Shown one piece after another: positions 38,030 through 47,185 of a stretch of DNA of 47,185 nucleotides. Origin of the DNA: Candidatus Thorarchaeota archaeon. GTDB lineage: Archaea; Asgardarchaeota; Thorarchaeia; Thorarchaeales; Thorarchaeaceae. Under the pieces are notes generated by a model, which was given only the letters and a program-made list of their open reading frames with translations, searched no databases and was not told where the DNA came from. The stretch's first letter is position 1, and every line of letters begins with the position of its first letter. The position numbers were made by a program, and so were the translations under genes. The DNA lies in assembly GCA_011364905.1 (NCBI GenBank), contig RDNZ01000021.1, positions 1-47,185 of the forward strand, written 5' to 3'.

Positions 38030-39178
38030 TCATTTCTTTACAACAAGCAAAGGCCCATCAATCTTCACTGGTGTTTCGGGCGGAAGGTCTAGAAGCCAGT
38101 CCTCTAAATCCTCCATTTTCTCGAAACGAAGCAGAACCGCCAGTCGCTCCAATGGAAGTGTGTCATATCGGGTGATTACTTTTTTGAGCTGGAACATCCT
38201 GAAGGCGTCAAGTTCGGCTTTCTGTTCCTCTGCTCGGTCTTTTGAAGTGTCAATCCATGGACTGTCTACCTCAAAGTCCCAGATTTCCACATTGCCATCC
38301 ATTGAACCTGTTACAACATGCTTCCCATCAGGAGTCACGACCATGGAGTGAACATTCTCAGTAGATGTCAGACTCTGGAGAAGCACACCTCCACGAAGTA
38401 ACCAGGCTCTTATGGTTCCATCTGTTGATCCAGTAATGACATGCTGACCATCAGCAGTCACATGTATCATCACAATTGAGGTCTTATGACCAGTCATAGT
38501 CTTAAGAAGAGTCCCAGTTTCTAGGTCCCATAGATGGACAATCCCATCCTGACCGCCGGATAGTATGTATCGCGAGTCTGCCGTCATGGCAAGTGCAGTG
38601 ACGTTACCCTCGTGACCTTCAAGTTTCCTAATCTCCGCACCCAACTCGAAATCCCAAATCCAGACCATGCCTGGTGCATCAGAGGTGGGAGCTTTCTTGC
38701 TACCGCAGAGCATGTGCCGTCCATTAGGACTGATAGTGATGGTGTAGATTCCCTGTGAGTGTTCGAGATAGCGAAGCATTATGCCTCGGTCAATGTCCCA
38801 GAACCGAGCGATGCCGTCATCTCCACCAGTCACAATATATCGATTATCAGGGCTAACAGCGACTGCATTGATGTGAGCAGAATTTGGCGCGAGAGAGGTT
38901 CGGAGTGTCTGCCTGTCCAAGTCCCAAATCTTAACCGCAAGGTCCTTGTCTGCGATTGACACCAGTTGCGAGTCATCAGCCATTAGTTCTAGTCCGTAAA
39001 CAGGACCGTTATGACCCAGAAACTTGTGAATTTCCTTTCCACTAACAAAATCCCATAGACGGATTGATGCATCTTGACCACCAGACACAATGGTCTGTCC
39101 ATCCTTTGTTATAGCCAATGACCAGACCGTGAATTCATGCCCTTCTAACTGCAAATTAGGTGTTAATTCCCCTTCCAA
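38030..39178 (-). CDS. WD40-repeat protein with C-terminal PCI-like winged helix
   Basis: About 7 GH...WD repeats; tail LKKVITRYDTLPLERLAVLL.F. Confidence 0.92.
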   Translation of the reverse strand: MEGELTPNLQLEGHEFTVWSLAITKDGQTIVSGGQDASIRLWDFVSGKEIHKFLGHNGPVYGLELMADDSQLVSIADKDLAVKIWDLDRQTLRTSLAPNSAHINAVAVSPDNRYIVTGGDDGIARFWDIDRGIMLRYLEHSQGIYTITISPNGRHMLCGSKKAPTSDAPGMVWIWDFELGAEIRKLEGHEGNVTALAMTADSRYILSGGQDGIVHLWDLETGTLLKTMTGHKTSIVMIHVTADGQHVITGSTDGTIRAWLLRGGVLLQSLTSTENVHSMVVTPDGKHVVTGSMDGNVEIWDFEVDSPWIDTSKDRAEEQKAELDAFRMFQLKKVITRYDTLPLERLAVLLRFEKMEDLEDWLLDLPPETPVKIDGPLLVVKK

Positions 39179-39265
39179 ATAAATCGACTCTCTCAGATTT
39201 TATAGCAGCTAGAATCTCTGTATATGAATGAACAAAAGTTTGTCGATTGTGCAAATTGGATATTT

Positions 39266-39304
39266 CAACAAAAAAGAGGTAGTTGGTGGCACTGAGTGCC
39301 ACCA
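39266..39304 (-). terminator. hppA terminator
   Basis: Perfect TGGTGGCACT-G-AGTGCCACCA palindrome followed by a T-tract on the - strand. Confidence 0.75.
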
Positions 39305-39313
39305 TATTCGATT

Positions 39314-41773
39314 CTACTGTGCCTCAACTTCGATCTCGGCGTCCATGCCAAAATCAGCTGGTTGCATGCTCTTTCGTAGCGACCAGATTGTCATTGCGAA
39401 GAGAATGATGAGAGCAAACACCGCTGCAAAGACCAACGTTAAGCTCCCGCCGTTCTGAATCATGACAAGAACTGGAGCCAATATCAAGGCAAGCAGGTTC
39501 ACGACTTTAATCATCGGATTAAGCGCTGGACCAGCAGTATCCTTGAGTGGGTCACCAATGGTGTCGCCAACGACCCCACATGTGTGACGATCAGAACCTT
39601 TGCCAGTATTATTGGCCGGATCGCTAGGCTCGTCCTCGATGGATTTCTTCGCGTTATCCCAAGCTCCACCAGCATTAGACATGTATACGGCAAGGAGCTG
39701 ACCAGAAACGATGATTCCTCCAAGAAAGCCGCCGAGAGCTTCGACACCGAGTAATATAGCAACTATTAGAGGTATTGAAACTGTCATTGCAGCCAATGAA
39801 ATCAGTTCTTTCTGTGCCGCTGTGGTTGAGATATCAACAGCTCTAGAGTAGTCTGGTGTTTTGGTGCCCTCTAGGATACCAGGTATCCTGAATTGCCGGC
39901 GCACCTCTGTCACCATCTGACCTGCAGCGCGAGTCACAGCTTTGATGTTTACTGCTGAGAATAACCAAGGCAATGCTGCACCTAAGAGTAATCCTGAGAA
40001 AACTCGAGGATCATCAAGGAACAGATGGATTTGTGAGGGGTCTACACCTTCGAAAATGTCTAGTCTGTTAAGAGCCACAACGATGAAGCTGTCAAACAAG
40101 CTTACCGCCGCAATGACTGCCGAGGCAATAGCAACACCTTTCGTGATAGCTTTGGTCGTATTTCCTACCGCGTCAAGCTCAGCCATTGTCTTCATTGCAT
40201 CTTCATCAAAGTCACCTGGTGATAGTTCACCGATGCCAGCTGCATTGTCGCTGATGGGGCCATATGAGTCCATTGCCACATTGTTGCCTGTGTGAGAGAG
40301 CATCCCGATACCAATGAGCGCAATACCGTATAATGTCCATAAATTGCCAGTAACGAGATCAGCGACTATCACCCCTGTCGGAAGAATAGCTGCATTGATC
40401 ACAAATGGTGCAATAGCAAGAGCTATTGGTGAGAAGAATAGAGCCCAAGCAATACCAAAGGTCGCGACAATAACAACCAAGGCGGCGACTGTTGATTCAT
40501 ATCCTGCAACTATCCCAGTCAGAATGAATGTAGCTTGTCCAGTGTCAGCAGCTTTCACGATCTCTTGTACTGGAGGCTTTCGCAGCGATGTGAAATAGCT
40601 CGTTATGGGATTGAATGACACAGCCAGCATCACACCCACTGCTATAAGGATACCAAATCGCAAGTCTCCAACATAGAACCATGAAAGAAGTCCTGTCAAT
40701 GTAATAGTGAAGATACTCGAAGCTTCGTAAGACATGAACATAGCCTTCTCAGCATAGACAGCTCGTTTCCGTAATAGTCTGGGCCATACGGGAACCATGA
40801 CTGTCCCAATCATTGATGAAATGACTCCAACTGCTCTGACAAAAAGTGGAAAGACCACAACTGCCAGAGGAGAAGCAAATGGAATTGGAATGAAGAAGTC
40901 CCTAAGCGCATCTTGCATATCAAGATATAGTACGATTGCTAGTATTAGAGCAGAAACGATTGTGACCTCATACGACTCAAAAATGTCTGCAGCCATTCCT
41001 GCACAATCGCCCACATTATCACCAACTAGGTCAGCAACAACCGCCGCATTTCTTGGATCATCCTCTGGAAGGCCTTGTTCAACCTTTCCAACAAGATCTG
41101 CACCTACATCGGCGGCCTTTGTGTAGATGCCACCGCCAACCCTCATGAATAGAGCCAATAGAGTGCCTCCAAGACCAAAGCCAAGAAGTGCATCTGGAGC
41201 GGCAATTCCGAATATTATGAAGACAATAGTTCCACCGAGGAGACCAAGTCCATCAGTGAGCATTCCAGTAAAGGTCCCGCCTCTATATGATATTGTCAAT
41301 GCGCGATTGTATCGATTTTCTCCTTCTCGTGTAGCCTGTGCAACCCTAATATTGGACTCAACAGCTATTCGCATACCAAGCTGCCCCACTGTAAGTGAGA
41401 AGCTTGCTCCAACCATGAAGGCTATCGAGCGGCCAATCCCTACAAGGATTTTACCCCACTCTGGATCTGCTTCAAATAGTTGCTGGGTCCCCCTCTCTGG
41501 GGTCGTTATGTATACGGTAAAGAAGAGAAGGAATGCTAGGATTAGGATAATGGGGAGAATTGTCTTTAGCTGTCGGTTCAGATAAGACAATGCACCTTCC
41601 TTGACTCCATTCCAGACCTTCTGCATCTGCTCAGTCCCTTTGTTCTCTTTAAGAACACCTCTCCTGAGCCACCAGGCATACACGAGACTTACTAGAGCGG
41701 CGACGATAACAGTAAGAATCATCGCTCGTTCAACAGGTGACATTGTATCTAAGAAAGTCTCGAGTAATTGCAT
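39314..41773 (-). CDS. hppA: Membrane-bound pyrophosphatase, K+-independent type
   Basis: GGIYTKAADVGADLVGKVE and DNVGD motifs; GNTTKA, where Lys indicates K+ independence. Confidence 0.97.
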   Translation of the reverse strand: MQLLETFLDTMSPVERAMILTVIVAALVSLVYAWWLRRGVLKENKGTEQMQKVWNGVKEGALSYLNRQLKTILPIILILAFLLFFTVYITTPERGTQQLFEADPEWGKILVGIGRSIAFMVGASFSLTVGQLGMRIAVESNIRVAQATREGENRYNRALTISYRGGTFTGMLTDGLGLLGGTIVFIIFGIAAPDALLGFGLGGTLLALFMRVGGGIYTKAADVGADLVGKVEQGLPEDDPRNAAVVADLVGDNVGDCAGMAADIFESYEVTIVSALILAIVLYLDMQDALRDFFIPIPFASPLAVVVFPLFVRAVGVISSMIGTVMVPVWPRLLRKRAVYAEKAMFMSYEASSIFTITLTGLLSWFYVGDLRFGILIAVGVMLAVSFNPITSYFTSLRKPPVQEIVKAADTGQATFILTGIVAGYESTVAALVVIVATFGIAWALFFSPIALAIAPFVINAAILPTGVIVADLVTGNLWTLYGIALIGIGMLSHTGNNVAMDSYGPISDNAAGIGELSPGDFDEDAMKTMAELDAVGNTTKAITKGVAIASAVIAAVSLFDSFIVVALNRLDIFEGVDPSQIHLFLDDPRVFSGLLLGAALPWLFSAVNIKAVTRAAGQMVTEVRRQFRIPGILEGTKTPDYSRAVDISTTAAQKELISLAAMTVSIPLIVAILLGVEALGGFLGGIIVSGQLLAVYMSNAGGAWDNAKKSIEDEPSDPANNTGKGSDRHTCGVVGDTIGDPLKDTAGPALNPMIKVVNLLALILAPVLVMIQNGGSLTLVFAAVFALIILFAMTIWSLRKSMQPADFGMDAEIEVEAQ

Positions 41774-42049
41774 TTATCTTTCACCACTTCAAGGGTCTCC
41801 GGCCTATTGAAATGGCAATCTACCACTTAGTATGAAACCCTTGGCGTTTCGATTCCCGCAATTTTGCCCCCCTTTAAGGGTTACCTTTGGACAGGGTTTG
41901 TGAAAATTCAGGACTATTGTAAGTAATTCCTAAGTAACTGATAATCAATCATGAGCGCAGTTTGCGGTTTTTCGTCGAAAGAGATTCCTTTTGGAAAGTT
42001 CAATCAGAATGAGGATGCAATCTTTGTCAAGGAGTTTGCTGCTGGAGAG

Positions 42050-42126
42050 TGGTGGACCGAGCGAGATTTGAACTCGCGACCTTCTGGATGCAAACCAGAC
42101 GATCTGCCAGGCTGATCTATCGGCCC
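42050..42126 (-). tRNA. tRNA-Ala(UGC), CCA encoded, no intron
   Basis: Acceptor GGGCCGA/TCGGTCC with G3:U70; anticodon arm TCTGG-TTTGCAT-CCAGA; T-loop TTCAAAT. Confidence 0.97.
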
Positions 42127-42218
42127 ACGTCTATCGAGAGCGTTTTCGACTAGTTGTTTTAACCCTTACGCTATTTACGATTTTCAGAGCAGTTTCAGAC
42201 AACTGGTGTGTCTTCAAA

Positions 42219-42830
42219 CTATTGGCTCTCAGCACTATAGTCTTCTCGGATTGCGTCAAGCCAGAAAGGAGCGCCTTTCAATTTTGAGGCTTCCTCAACA
42301 CTAAGTTCCTCAATCTCGACCATGGACATGTCGTCAGGGATGATACCACTAACGCCAGCAGGATCTTCAAGAATCAGCGTAAAGGGGAATTCGCCATCTG
42401 CAGCAGATTCCATCTTTGAGAGGATCTCGGTGCCTTTTGTCTTCTCTTCTGGAGTATCTGCAAAGCCAATCGCAGTTTCTACTACAGACATCGTCCTCTG
42501 AAGAACTCCCTCGACATTTGTGATAAATGACTCCGCGGCAGGTCCGGGCTCGACATCAATCCCAAACTCAGGAAATCGGATTGTTCCGGAACCAGACCGA
42601 ACAACCCGTGCGCGAAGAAGAGATGGGTCGTTAACGTGAAGAGTGAAACGGGAGGGTTTCCGTTGTTCAGCAGAAAACACATCATTATGTGTAAAATGAC
42701 AGGATGGACAATCCATCGAGAAGATGACTAGCTCGTTAAAGAATGGAATACTGTAGAGCATAGACCGCACCTTTAGGTTCGCCGCATTACACGATGGACA
42801 TACTATTCCAATCTCTTCCTTGTCCGACAT
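42219..42830 (-). CDS. ZPR1 zinc-finger protein
   Basis: CPSC...IPFF...CPSC, RVVRS, PGP...FITNVEG and DPAG motifs; ATG at 42830 preferred over the track start. Confidence 0.92.
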   Translation of the reverse strand: MSDKEEIGIVCPSCNAANLKVRSMLYSIPFFNELVIFSMDCPSCHFTHNDVFSAEQRKPSRFTLHVNDPSLLRARVVRSGSGTIRFPEFGIDVEPGPAAESFITNVEGVLQRTMSVVETAIGFADTPEEKTKGTEILSKMESAADGEFPFTLILEDPAGVSGIIPDDMSMVEIEELSVEEASKLKGAPFWLDAIREDYSAESQ

Positions 42831-42998
42831 GTCAACCGGTTTTGATTTGATAGCTGTTCCTATAAGGCTGACCCTGTAGACCACGTTGAATTGCTGAATA
42901 CATCACTAGAAGGCTCAAAAGCATACGTACATACTCCGCACATGTAGGGTCATCAACTGCAACGATTACGATAGAGATTGACCAATATGTGAAGAGGA

Positions 42999-44213
42999 TT
43001 GCACCCCATGGAAATCAATAGTATATATATCATCAAACGTGAAACTGGGGTGTGCCTGTATCACAAGGATTTCACAGAATCGGCTTTCGATCCACAGTTG
43101 TTATCGTCGTTCCTTGTTGCTATGACATCTTTCTTTGATGAAGCGACCCGTTCTGTCACATCACAAGCGCGGGCATTTGAAGGAACTCACTACAAGATCC
43201 TTGTGGAATTTGGAAACTGGACACTTGGTGCTGTATCGACCAAAGAAGACAGTGCCTTCGCTCGGACTAAGCTGAAGAGGTTAGTCGAACGGTTCGAAAA
43301 TCAGTTTAATGTCCTTAGATGGGTCGATATTGACCTTGCAATCCATACTCGATTTGAGCAGAGTGTAATTGAAGAGTTTGTTAGAAGCATCATACATCAT
43401 GACACAATCATCACTGTTCGAGCAGAATGGCAACACTTTACGAAGAAAGCAGAAGTGGTTTCCTTCTTGAGGTTAATCCCGTCAATTTGTACAGTTAAGG
43501 AAGCAGCAGACTTTCTGGAGATACCACTTGAAGTTGCACTAAACTTGACTGCTGAAGCTCTATGGGAAAGAACAATCACTATAGAGAATCCAGTTAAGCC
43601 CGATGACATTTATCAACCAACTTCAATTACAGGAGAAACAGACCTAACAGAACCCTTGCCTCCTGAAACAGTAAGAACAATAGGGGAGTTTGATGGTGAA
43701 ACCCCAATATCCATCGCCGCTGAACGTCTGAAAACATCAGATCTCAAAAGATTTCTAGACGAAGTAGCACTCTTAGAGAAAAGAAAGATAATCGAGCTTG
43801 TAACGCCTGCGCATTCCATCGCGATACGATATACTTCAGCTCTCCAGTCATTATTGAAAAACTGTGCGAATATTGTTGGAATGAACGTCATGAGAGATGT
43901 CTTTGTAAGGTCAAAACAGAAGCTAGTGGAAACATACCCCTGGCTTGCCTTTGTAAGCCTTGAAGACGGCGTCGATATTGAACTTCGTAGCTCTTTGACA
44001 GCGGCAACGATCAAAGGTTCAATAAGCCCGGATGCGGTCAATGATGGTTTTAGAGTACTATTACAGTTTGTCACAAGACGGGTCAGAGATATACTAGGTT
44101 GTAATCCCATCAATAAAATAGTGGCAAACACCAGGAAAGAGATCCAGACTCACTACCCGAGTACGGCGTATGATATAGAATGGGAGTGTCTTACAGCAGT
44201 GAAATCATCGTAG
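42999..44213 (+). CDS. Longin-like domain + tandem winged-helix protein
   Basis: N-terminal IYII...GVCLY...DPQLLSSFL.AM..F pattern; two wHTH-like repeats. Confidence 0.7.
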   Translation: MHPMEINSIYIIKRETGVCLYHKDFTESAFDPQLLSSFLVAMTSFFDEATRSVTSQARAFEGTHYKILVEFGNWTLGAVSTKEDSAFARTKLKRLVERFENQFNVLRWVDIDLAIHTRFEQSVIEEFVRSIIHHDTIITVRAEWQHFTKKAEVVSFLRLIPSICTVKEAADFLEIPLEVALNLTAEALWERTITIENPVKPDDIYQPTSITGETDLTEPLPPETVRTIGEFDGETPISIAAERLKTSDLKRFLDEVALLEKRKIIELVTPAHSIAIRYTSALQSLLKNCANIVGMNVMRDVFVRSKQKLVETYPWLAFVSLEDGVDIELRSSLTAATIKGSISPDAVNDGFRVLLQFVTRRVRDILGCNPINKIVANTRKEIQTHYPSTAYDIEWECLTAVKSS

Positions 44214-44274
44214 CAATATACAAAACAAGATAGGGTTACCCATTGAACATAGACCAAAGGGAGTAAGAAGTGGA

Positions 44275-45051
44275 TTGTCAAGGTGGACCTATGCAATAGC
44301 AACCATCTCATTAGGATTTGGTATCCTAATTACATCCGTTCTTCTATGGGCATTTGGTTTTGATGTACTTGCTCTTTCTCTGACTAATGTTCTTGCACCA
44401 TTCACTGCAATCTCAGTAGGAATACTCGGAATGGCATTCTTTGGTCGTGAATCATTTCTAAAAGAAGATCGGTATCATACTCTCTATGCGTGGATAGCCC
44501 TTGGGTTGATTTTTTTTAGTTTGGCAGATTTTACGACAATTTTGGTTTCTATGGCAGAAGATTCAACACAACTGTGTTTTACAATTGGTCTTGTTCAGAT
44601 ACCAGGACTATTCCTCTGGGCGCTGGGAATTATGAGCTATCTTAAGTCTCTTAATTCATCACTGAGATTGACAGAAGGAACTCAACTTTGGTTAGCCCTG
44701 GGAATTATAACAACCTTAATGTCATTATCATTGATTGTAATTGTGTCCATTGTATTTCCAATGAGGAATCTTCTTTCAACCATTGTGTTTGTGCCAATCA
44801 CAATTGTATTGGGACTTGTCTTTTTCATTCTTCTGGCAGTTTTGTGGATTTTCAAAGATGGAAGTTTGGCACAACCACTATTGTTCCTTCTCTTCGGAAT
44901 TTCCCTTCTATTCTTTCGTGCTATCTTTTGGCAGATAGAGGGCTACTGCAATGAAACTGCTTTCAATCAATTAATGGCAATTGAGTCTTACTTATTCATC
45001 GCAGTGGCATTTCTCATTGCAAACAAGATAGGCATTAGCTTGGAAACGTAG
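44275..45051 (+). CDS. Hypothetical ~7-TM membrane protein
   Basis: Seven to eight hydrophobic helices. Confidence 0.75.
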   Translation: MSRWTYAIATISLGFGILITSVLLWAFGFDVLALSLTNVLAPFTAISVGILGMAFFGRESFLKEDRYHTLYAWIALGLIFFSLADFTTILVSMAEDSTQLCFTIGLVQIPGLFLWALGIMSYLKSLNSSLRLTEGTQLWLALGIITTLMSLSLIVIVSIVFPMRNLLSTIVFVPITIVLGLVFFILLAVLWIFKDGSLAQPLLFLLFGISLLFFRAIFWQIEGYCNETAFNQLMAIESYLFIAVAFLIANKIGISLET

Positions 45052-45128
45052 GAGAAATTCCTTTTCTTTTCTGGTTGTTGAAATTGCTTGACCCCACGTA
45101 GAGCTACAGGTTTCTTGTCAATTAGGAG

Positions 45129-47183
45129 TTACTCTTCCGATGCCTCATCCTTAGCGATGCTTCTTGCAACCATTTCTCGGACATTCGGTGGCAATGAGTC
45201 TGGATCAGCCTTGTATTGCTCCTTCAACTTCTCAATCATCTCCGGAGAAGGCCTTCCCGAACCTATTGGTCCTCCGTGGCCACTAAGTTCTTGTTTTCCT
45301 AATTTCCTTTTCTTATCATCAGTCATTTTTTCGTCCTCAAACAATTTTTCTATCATGTCATGGAATTGCGGGGGTATAGAATCTGGATCAGTCTTGAAAC
45401 GTTCCTTTAGTTTCTCCACCATCTCAGGCGGAGGTTTCAGCCCGCCCATACTGCCGCCCATTCCGCTATGGCCCATACCACCGCTCATCGCCATCATCAT
45501 TCCTGAACCAGCGGGGACTGGGGTTTCTTCCTCATACTTCTCCACTTCAGACTTGGCGGTCTCTGCAACCTCTTCTGTGATTTCCTCTAGTCCTTGATGA
45601 GCATAATAAGTATCATAGAGCGCTTTGAAGACACCATTGAGCGCAAGCAATTCCTCATGCGTACCTTGTTCCACAAGATTGCCATGGTCAAACACAAAAA
45701 TTCGGGAGGCATTGGTAATTGTAGTCAGACGATGAGCAATGACAACTGTGGTTCTATTTGAGAAGAGACGTTCTTGTGCATCTTGTACTAATGATTCGCT
45801 ATAGGCATCCAATCTGCTTGTGGCTTCATCCAGAATGAGAATCTTGGGATTGGCTAACATAGTACGTGCTATTGTTATCATCTGTCGTTGACCAGCACTC
45901 AGGTTTTTGCCATTTTGGAATATCTTTGTTTGATACCCATCCGCAAGAACCTCGATGAATTCGTTGGCTCCAAGAATCTTGCACAACTTATGGATCTCCT
46001 CATCGGTCGCTTCTAGGTTCCCGTACCTAATGTTCTCCATTATTGTATCATCAAACAAGTATGGTTCTTGAGGGATAAGTGACATCGAATGGTGGAGAGA
46101 ATGCTGCTGGACTTCCCGGATGTCTTGGTCCCCTATGTAAATTGCGCCTCTTGTAGGATCATAAAATCGATTCACCAACGCGGCAAGAGTCGTTTTTCCA
46201 GCTCCTGTGTGCCCAACAACTGCCACGGTTTCTCCGGGATCAATCGAGAAACTAACTTCCTTCAGGACGGGAATTTCTTTCACATACTCAAATGTAACGT
46301 TCTTGAAAAAGATTCCATCGCTTTCTGCCCTGAGTGGGACTGCATCAGGTGCATCAGTGATAGCAGGCTTTGATTCTAGCACATCTGTCACTCGATCCAT
46401 GGCAGCAAGCGAAGCCTGCACTTGAGTAGCCATCATACTCAATCCCAGCAATGGAAACATTATACCTCGAACTAAGGCTATGCCAAGAAAGACACTGCCA
46501 AATGATAGAAGGGGAAGTGTACCCGTAGCAAGGGAACCCGCAACGAAAAGCATAGCTGCAACTGCAAATTGGCCAATTGACATCATTAAAGGCTGCATTG
46601 CTGTCATCAAGATCATAAATCTGAAACCATATTTGTAGGACTTTTCATTCAGCGTCATTAAGTTCTCTGCAAGCTCTGTTTCACGATTGAATGCTTTAGC
46701 TACATGAATTCCACTGAGATTCTCAGCGATTTGACCAGATACTTCTCCAGATGCACGTTGTGAAGCAAGCATGATTCTCTGTCCGACAGTGCCAAAGAGT
46801 CCTGCAATGAATAAGATGCCAGGTACAACAACGAGAGATGTCAAAGCGAGAAACGGTGACATCAACCAGAGAAGTGTAAATGAAAATCCGAGTGTAAGAA
46901 GTTGGCTCGCAAAACCGATTAAGACTTGGATTCCTGTGCTTAAGCTTGTTGAATCACTTACAACCCTCGAAGTAACGTTTCCAGCCTGCTCGGCTTTATG
47001 ATAAGACAGATCAGCCTGAACCAGGTGTCGATAGACATCCTCTTGAACATTCTGGACAAGACCAGCTTGAGCCACCGACATTATCCATGTATTTGCACCG
47101 CTCATTGCCCAAGATAATACAGCAAGAATCAAGAAAAGAATGGTCAGTATGAATAAAGTGCTTAGAGACCCCTCTGAATAGAC
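45129..47183 (-). CDS. ABC exporter (TMD+NBD), 5' end outside the window, with unusual C-terminal extension
   Basis: GHTGAGKT, LSAGQRQ, ILDEAT and AHRL motifs; frame open to the window edge. Confidence 0.95.
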   Translation of the reverse strand, partial: VYSEGSLSTLFILTILFLILAVLSWAMSGANTWIMSVAQAGLVQNVQEDVYRHLVQADLSYHKAEQAGNVTSRVVSDSTSLSTGIQVLIGFASQLLTLGFSFTLLWLMSPFLALTSLVVVPGILFIAGLFGTVGQRIMLASQRASGEVSGQIAENLSGIHVAKAFNRETELAENLMTLNEKSYKYGFRFMILMTAMQPLMMSIGQFAVAAMLFVAGSLATGTLPLLSFGSVFLGIALVRGIMFPLLGLSMMATQVQASLAAMDRVTDVLESKPAITDAPDAVPLRAESDGIFFKNVTFEYVKEIPVLKEVSFSIDPGETVAVVGHTGAGKTTLAALVNRFYDPTRGAIYIGDQDIREVQQHSLHHSMSLIPQEPYLFDDTIMENIRYGNLEATDEEIHKLCKILGANEFIEVLADGYQTKIFQNGKNLSAGQRQMITIARTMLANPKILILDEATSRLDAYSESLVQDAQERLFSNRTTVVIAHRLTTITNASRIFVFDHGNLVEQGTHEELLALNGVFKALYDTYYAHQGLEEITEEVAETAKSEVEKYEEETPVPAGSGMMMAMSGGMGHSGMGGSMGGLKPPPEMVEKLKERFKTDPDSIPPQFHDMIEKLFEDEKMTDDKKRKLGKQELSGHGGPIGSGRPSPEMIEKLKEQYKADPDSLPPNVREMVARSIAKDEASEE

Positions 47184-47185
47184 CG

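Noticed and set aside
41800-42126. Integrated element at tRNA-Ala
   Set aside because: No integrase and no duplicate of the tRNA 3' end seen in the window
1649-47001. Numerous antisense or nested ORFs of 60-190 aa in the track
   Set aside because: They overlap well-supported genes on the opposite strand or in another frame and lack motifs

Overview
This is an archaeal chromosomal window, most likely Asgard (Thorarchaeota-like). The assignment is inferred from a group II chaperonin, the archaeal thiolase/HMG-CoA synthase/DUF35 operon, a longin-like protein, a WD40 protein and ZPR1. The first 25 kb is mostly housekeeping: thermosome, TrxB, a ThiS/MoaD-like protein, mevalonate-entry genes, a PPAT-DUF359 CoA fusion, Nnr, NfnAB, and MoxR with a vWA partner. 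At 25.3-30.4 kb a degenerate AAA+ gene abuts an SMC with Smc5/6-type motifs and a ScpA-like kleisin; a KITE-like gene lies nearby at 33.1 kb. The most unexpected feature is below the ORF-track cutoff: at 31757-32224 (-), three paralogous 32-36 aa peptide ORFs, plus a possible fourth ORF, are tightly coupled to an MFS exporter and have their own TATA box and palindromic operator candidate. An accessory stretch (34-39 kb) holds a surface-protein gene bracketed by 51-bp direct repeats and a MITE-like element. The window ends with a K+-independent membrane PPase, tRNA-Ala(UGC), ZPR1, an NPRL2-like longin protein and a 5'-truncated ABC exporter. All family calls are by eye from motifs; no database searches were run.
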